DNA from: Dehalococcoidia bacterium
GTDB taxonomy: Bacteria > Chloroflexota > Dehalococcoidia > Bin125
DNA length: 64,000 bases
Assembly: GCA_963663895.2 (NCBI GenBank)
Contig: CAXXRD010000002.1
Coordinates: 480,001-544,000, forward strand
Direction of reading: 5' to 3'
In this document: positions 59,780-64,000 of the stretch, one piece after another
Numbering within the stretch: position 1 is the first letter of the stretch
Layout of the letters: every line of letters starts with the position of its first letter
Made by a program: the position numbers and the translations under genes
Notes under the pieces: generated by a model
Databases searched by the model: none
What the model was told of the DNA's origin: nothing
Seen by the model: only the letters and a program-made list of their open reading frames with translations

Positions 59780-60307
59780 CTACGTCCCTTCGGTGATGAA
59801 GGATCCGCCCTCCACGCCGACGAGCTGATCAGCGCCCGAAACGGGGATGACGAGTCCCGACTCCCGCTGGGTCAGCGCGGTTTCTTTATCGGCTTGGTAC
59901 TTCTCGAGCAGCGCGAGATAAGACTCGATGATCTCGGGGAGGCGGCCGGTGCGCTCGATCTCAGAAGCGGCTTGATCGGTGAGGTCGAAGAGCCGCTGGG
60001 CATGCCGGTAGTTGATCTCGACGGCGGAGCCCTGAACGGCGTCGGTCACCAGCAATGTGACGAACTGCCGAGGCTTGCCGAGCAGGCGCTCCCAGCCTCT
60101 GCCGAGGAGTTCGTCCAGCCGCTTGCCGACATAGAAGCGAGGAGGACGCGCGTAGCGTTCCAACTCCAGCATGCCGTCGATGCCGGGAAAATACTCGGCG
60201 TGCAGATCGCGGAGGCGTGGGGGAGCACTCTCGTGGGTGTCGGAGTGACGGATCCCCTCATCAGCAGGCAACTGGCCGAGGAGGAAGTGTTGTTGCAGCG
60301 TGCCCAC
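59780..60307 (-). CDS. Hypothetical protein (175 aa)
   Basis: GTG start with upstream GGAGAGGG; fills the gap downstream of the hydantoinase A gene; no recognisable motif. Confidence 0.6.
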   Translation of the reverse strand: MGTLQQHFLLGQLPADEGIRHSDTHESAPPRLRDLHAEYFPGIDGMLELERYARPPRFYVGKRLDELLGRGWERLLGKPRQFVTLLVTDAVQGSAVEINYRHAQRLFDLTDQAASEIERTGRLPEIIESYLALLEKYQADKETALTQRESGLVIPVSGADQLVGVEGGSFITEGT

Positions 60308-60376
60308 AGCACCCTCTCCCCGGCCAGGACTCGACGATGAACGGGCGGCGCTTGCGCCGCAGCGCCGTCTTCGTTA

Positions 60377-62521
60377 CTAGGCTCCAGTTTCGATCAGCAT
60401 ATTACCGTACTCATCGACTTCGATAGACGCGCCCGGCGGCAGGATCGTGGTGGAGGTAGGCTCCTCGACCACGGCCGGACCAGTGATCGTGTTGCCGGGC
60501 TGCAGCTTCTCGCGGGTGTAGACGTTGGTGTCCCGGTCGCTGCCGTCGAAGTAGACCTGGCGCGTGGTGCGCAGAGCGCCTGCAGCGTCCGAGTCGCCCT
60601 TCACGCCCTTGGGGATCTCCGGCTTCTGCACGGAAGCGCTGCCGAAGACGCGGGCGTGTACGACCTGGACCTCTTGCTCGGGGTCGGCGTGGCCGTACTC
60701 GCGCTCGTGCTCGCTGTGGAAATGCTCGGTCGCTTCATCCAGCACATCGTCCGTGACGTTGACCTTGCCCTGCTCGTCGAGGTCCAGCTTGATGGAGATC
60801 GTGCCCGCCTCGGCGACGCGAATGTCATCCTTGGAGGGAATATCGCCGGTCTTCTGCGCGAGGTCGCCGAGTGAGACGGAGAGGGAGTAGACCTGCCCGT
60901 AGTACTGCAGGTCGAGGTAGTACTCCATCTTTACGTCATGCGGGGAGATCCCCTGGCGCAGGAAGGACTGGTAGATGGATTCGCGCAGCTCGTTGAAGGT
61001 CTCCTCAAGGTCGATGTTGGAGAGCGCGCGCCGGCGCCGCAGGACCGTCTTGCTGCGGTCCTGCACCATGTCGACAGTGAGCAACCCCCAAGCCGAGAGG
61101 ACGCCCGGCCCCGTTGGGATGATGGCGCGCTTCATTCCGAGCTCGCGGGCGAGGGTGGTGCAGTACATCGCGCCGCCGCCGCCGAGGCCGACGAGCGCAA
61201 AGTCGCGGGGGTCGTAACCCTTCTCGACCGTCACGTAGCGGATGGCCTGCATCATGTTGTTTTCCATGATCTTGAGCATGCCGTCCGCCGCTTCCTCAAG
61301 GCCAAGGTTGAGCGGACCGCCGACCTTTTCGGCAACCACCTTCTCAGAGAGATCTTTGCGGATCGTCATCTCGCCGCCGAGGAACTGCCCCGGATCGATG
61401 CGGCCAAGAACGACCTGCGCGTCCGTCGAGGTGGGCTCGGTGCCGTTGGTGTCGTAGCAGGCGGGGCCGGGGTCGGCACCGGCGCTTTGGGGGCCGACAT
61501 GCAGGATGCCCCCCTCGTCGATCCAGGCGATGGAGCCGCCGCCGGCGCCGATGGAGACGACGTCGACGGAGGGGAAGAGCACGGGCATGCCCCACTCGAT
61601 CAGGAGCGGGCTCGTCCAGCGCGGACGCCCCTCAACGATGACGGAGACGTCGGCGCTGGTGCCGCCGATGTCGATGCCCACGAGCTCCGGAACACCGGTC
61701 AACTCGGAGAGACGCTGGAGCGCCATGGCCCCACCGGCCGGGCCGGAGCGGGCCATCTTGGCCGGAACGCTCTTCGCTTCGTCGATCGTAGCGACGCCGC
61801 CGTTGGACTGCATGACGGACACATCCGTCTTGAGTCCGGCATCGCGGAGGCCGCGGCTGAGGTTATCGAGGTAGGACTCCACGCGAGGGCCGACGAAGGC
61901 GTTGGCGGCAACGGTGCTGCCGCGTTCAAATTCACGCATCTCCTGCGTGACCTCGGAAGAGGCGGTGACGAAAGCATTGGGCATCGCCCTCTGCACCATC
62001 TCCTTGACGCGCATCTCGTGCTTGGGGTGCTGGTAGGAGTGGATGAAGCAGATGGCGACCGCTTCGATGTCGCGAGCCTGGAGTGTCTCAATGACGTCTT
62101 CGACTTGCGCTTCGTCGAGCGGAGTCGCGACCTCGCCGTTCCAGTAGAGGCGCTCCCTGATCTCGAGGCGGTGCCGCCGGGGAACGAGCGCCGGGGGCGG
62201 CGTCCACTGGGCGTCGTAGAGCTCCTGGCGGTTGGCGCGCCGGATTTCGAGCGTGTCGCGGAATCCTTCGGTGGTCAGAAAGGCGGTCTTGGCGCCATCA
62301 CGCTCGATCAAGGTGTTGGTGGCGGTGGTGGTACCGTGCGCGGCGCTCTCGACATCGGCGAGATCAATGCCAAGCTTTTCGATGCCGGTGAGGATGCCCT
62401 GGGAGGGATCGGCTGGAGTGGTCGCCACCTTGGTGAGGCGCATCTCACCGCCCTCTTGGTCATAGAGGACGAAGTCTGTGAAGGTTCCACCCACGTCAAT
62501 CCCGATTCGGTACCTCGCCAT
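60377..62521 (-). CDS. Hydantoinase A / oxoprolinase family ATP-dependent amidohydrolase subunit
   Basis: IDVGGTFTD, HGTTTATN, SGPAGG, DIGGTSAD, IGAGGGS, GPQSAGADPGPACY. Confidence 0.93.
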   Translation of the reverse strand: MARYRIGIDVGGTFTDFVLYDQEGGEMRLTKVATTPADPSQGILTGIEKLGIDLADVESAAHGTTTATNTLIERDGAKTAFLTTEGFRDTLEIRRANRQELYDAQWTPPPALVPRRHRLEIRERLYWNGEVATPLDEAQVEDVIETLQARDIEAVAICFIHSYQHPKHEMRVKEMVQRAMPNAFVTASSEVTQEMREFERGSTVAANAFVGPRVESYLDNLSRGLRDAGLKTDVSVMQSNGGVATIDEAKSVPAKMARSGPAGGAMALQRLSELTGVPELVGIDIGGTSADVSVIVEGRPRWTSPLLIEWGMPVLFPSVDVVSIGAGGGSIAWIDEGGILHVGPQSAGADPGPACYDTNGTEPTSTDAQVVLGRIDPGQFLGGEMTIRKDLSEKVVAEKVGGPLNLGLEEAADGMLKIMENNMMQAIRYVTVEKGYDPRDFALVGLGGGGAMYCTTLARELGMKRAIIPTGPGVLSAWGLLTVDMVQDRSKTVLRRRRALSNIDLEETFNELRESIYQSFLRQGISPHDVKMEYYLDLQYYGQVYSLSVSLGDLAQKTGDIPSKDDIRVAEAGTISIKLDLDEQGKVNVTDDVLDEATEHFHSEHEREYGHADPEQEVQVVHARVFGSASVQKPEIPKGVKGDSDAAGALRTTRQVYFDGSDRDTNVYTREKLQPGNTITGPAVVEEPTSTTILPPGASIEVDEYGNMLIETGA

Positions 62522-62818
62522 GTCACTACCTTTCTCTAGGACGCATGAACGTCCCCGCACCCCAGTGGGGACTCTCGTAGACGGGACCACCGGAGCCGTG
62601 AACCGTCAGGTCGCGCCACCCACCGGTATGGGCAGGCTCGGCTCGTATGCGGGTCCGCTCCATTCTCCACGCTGCCGCGCCGGACAACGATCGCGGCGGC
62701 GTGTCTTGCACCGGACGCAGGGTCGCCCCGATCCGGGGAACCCTACGATAACGCCCCTCTTGATAACGGATGTGCGCGGCACGGTCCAGTCCCGGAAGCA
62801 CTCTAGTCCGCTCCCAGG

Positions 62819-64000
62819 CTAGCAGCCGCCCGCTGCGGCGCGCATCTGCTTTCGCAGCTCTGCCGTAGCGGCTTCATCGACTTCATACTCGATCCGCCGC
62901 CGGTCGATCTCCCGCACGACGACGCCGTATTGGGAGCGGGCGGCGGCTTCCGTGATGTACCCGTCCTTGACGTCCTCGACGACGCGCTCCAGGGGACGTT
63001 CAAAGGCAGTCCCGTAACCACCGCCCCCATTCGACCAAAAGGAAAGGACTTCGCCAGGGCCGACGGGAACGTTGACGACGAAGGTACCGAGGTCGCGCTC
63101 TTGCTCGGTTTCCGGGTTTCCGACGACACGGGCGGTCCAACCCTCGCCGCCGCCGAAGATGCCGGAGGGACCGAAGCGTTCGCGGTTGGTGATATTGGAG
63201 AGGGTGCCCTCTTGGTAAGGCTCAATGGTTTGGTCGAGGCCAAGGCCGCCACGGGAGCAGCCGGGACCGCCAGAGTCCACCAGGAGTTGGTAACGGTGGT
63301 AGAGGACGGGATAGCGGCGCTCTTGGAGCTCGCAGGGGATGTTGGTGGCGCTGGCGGAGTAGGGGGAAGCAATGTTGTTGCCGCCGTCATGATCGCGGGC
63401 GCCGCCCATGCCGCCGAAGGCCCAGAGATAGTTGATGAAAGGCGCGTCAAAGCCGGGGCGCGGGTCGTTCCCGGCGAAGGTCGAGTTGACGATGGCAGAG
63501 GGAAGGCCGATGGCGCGCTCGGGGTTGGCCTGACCAAGGGCGAGCATGGTGACACCCATCGTCACGTCCATGCTGGTGATGGCGAGGCCGGAGATGCCAA
63601 CGGGCGGCTGCGCCCAGACCAGCGATCCGCGCTTGGCTTTGATCTCGATCGCGCGCATGACGCCCGAGTTGATCGGCATGGGAGGCAGGATGGCGGCGAG
63701 GCCGATGAAGACCGCAGAAGTGGTGGCGGCGATCGTGCAGTTAATGCCGGATTGGGCGGGTCCGTCGGTGTCGGTGAGGTCGAAGAGCGCGTGGTCCCCG
63801 TCGATCGTGAGCTTCAAGCGAATGGTCTTGGGCTCGCCGGTGAAGACATCCTGGTCGATGCGGTCTTCGGCGTCGTAGTCGCCGTCGGGCAGGCTGGCGA
63901 AGGCCGCACGCGCCATGCGCTCAGAGTAATTCTGCGTTTCCTCCATGGCGTCGAGGACGTCCTGGCGGCCGTAGCGCTTGACCAGCAACTCGATACGGCT
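62819..64000 (-). CDS. Hydantoinase B / oxoprolinase family subunit (5' part outside the window)
   Basis: LPDGDY, GGMGGA..DG, DSGGPG..RGGLG, GGGGYG..ERP...V.EDV.DGYIT. Confidence 0.92.
   Translation of the reverse strand, partial: SRIELLVKRYGRQDVLDAMEETQNYSERMARAAFASLPDGDYDAEDRIDQDVFTGEPKTIRLKLTIDGDHALFDLTDTDGPAQSGINCTIAATTSAVFIGLAAILPPMPINSGVMRAIEIKAKRGSLVWAQPPVGISGLAITSMDVTMGVTMLALGQANPERAIGLPSAIVNSTFAGNDPRPGFDAPFINYLWAFGGMGGARDHDGGNNIASPYSASATNIPCELQERRYPVLYHRYQLLVDSGGPGCSRGGLGLDQTIEPYQEGTLSNITNRERFGPSGIFGGGEGWTARVVGNPETEQERDLGTFVVNVPVGPGEVLSFWSNGGGGYGTAFERPLERVVEDVKDGYITEAAARSQYGVVVREIDRRRIEYEVDEAATAELRKQMRAAAGGC

Noticed and set aside
62522-62818. Small gene or riboswitch between hydantoinase B and A
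   Set aside because: Candidate ORFs (e.g. 62526..62801) lack recognisable motifs, and no aptamer consensus was recognised

Overview
High-GC bacterial window made up almost entirely of catabolic genes. The paralog expansions (luciferase-like monooxygenases, amidases, CaiB/BaiF CoA-transferases, SnoaL/NTF2 proteins, form II Cox) resemble SAR202/Dehalococcoidia-type Chloroflexota; this is inferred, as no marker gene is present. 1-25 kb: two amidases, an EamA transporter, a PQQ sugar dehydrogenase, a TPP enzyme, a UGSC-type selenoprotein (in-frame UGA in a U-x-x-C motif followed by a SECIS-like hairpin) in an operon with a thiamine-binding protein and coxG, form II coxSLM, alr, a TPP-riboswitch-controlled ThiXYZ-type ABC transporter and pckA. 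25.7-47 kb is the most unusual part. It is a co-oriented minus-strand run of paralog blocks: 7 BaiE/LinA-like SnoaL proteins, 3 F420-type LLM oxidoreductases, a 66-aa GatC-like protein plus 5 amidases, and a Dpp-type ABC transporter lacking its binding protein. It is transcribed divergently from class III CoA-transferases. The CoA-transferase run (5 copies) is interrupted by an IS5 remnant, three small ORFs and a type IIG-like restriction-modification gene. The window ends with SDRs, a thiolase, a 4-hydroxybutyryl-CoA-dehydratase-like protein lacking its Fe-S cysteines, and a hydantoinase/oxoprolinase pair. Ten +1 frameshifts between 48.4 and 56.6 kb look like assembly errors. No rRNA, tRNA or CRISPR array was seen.
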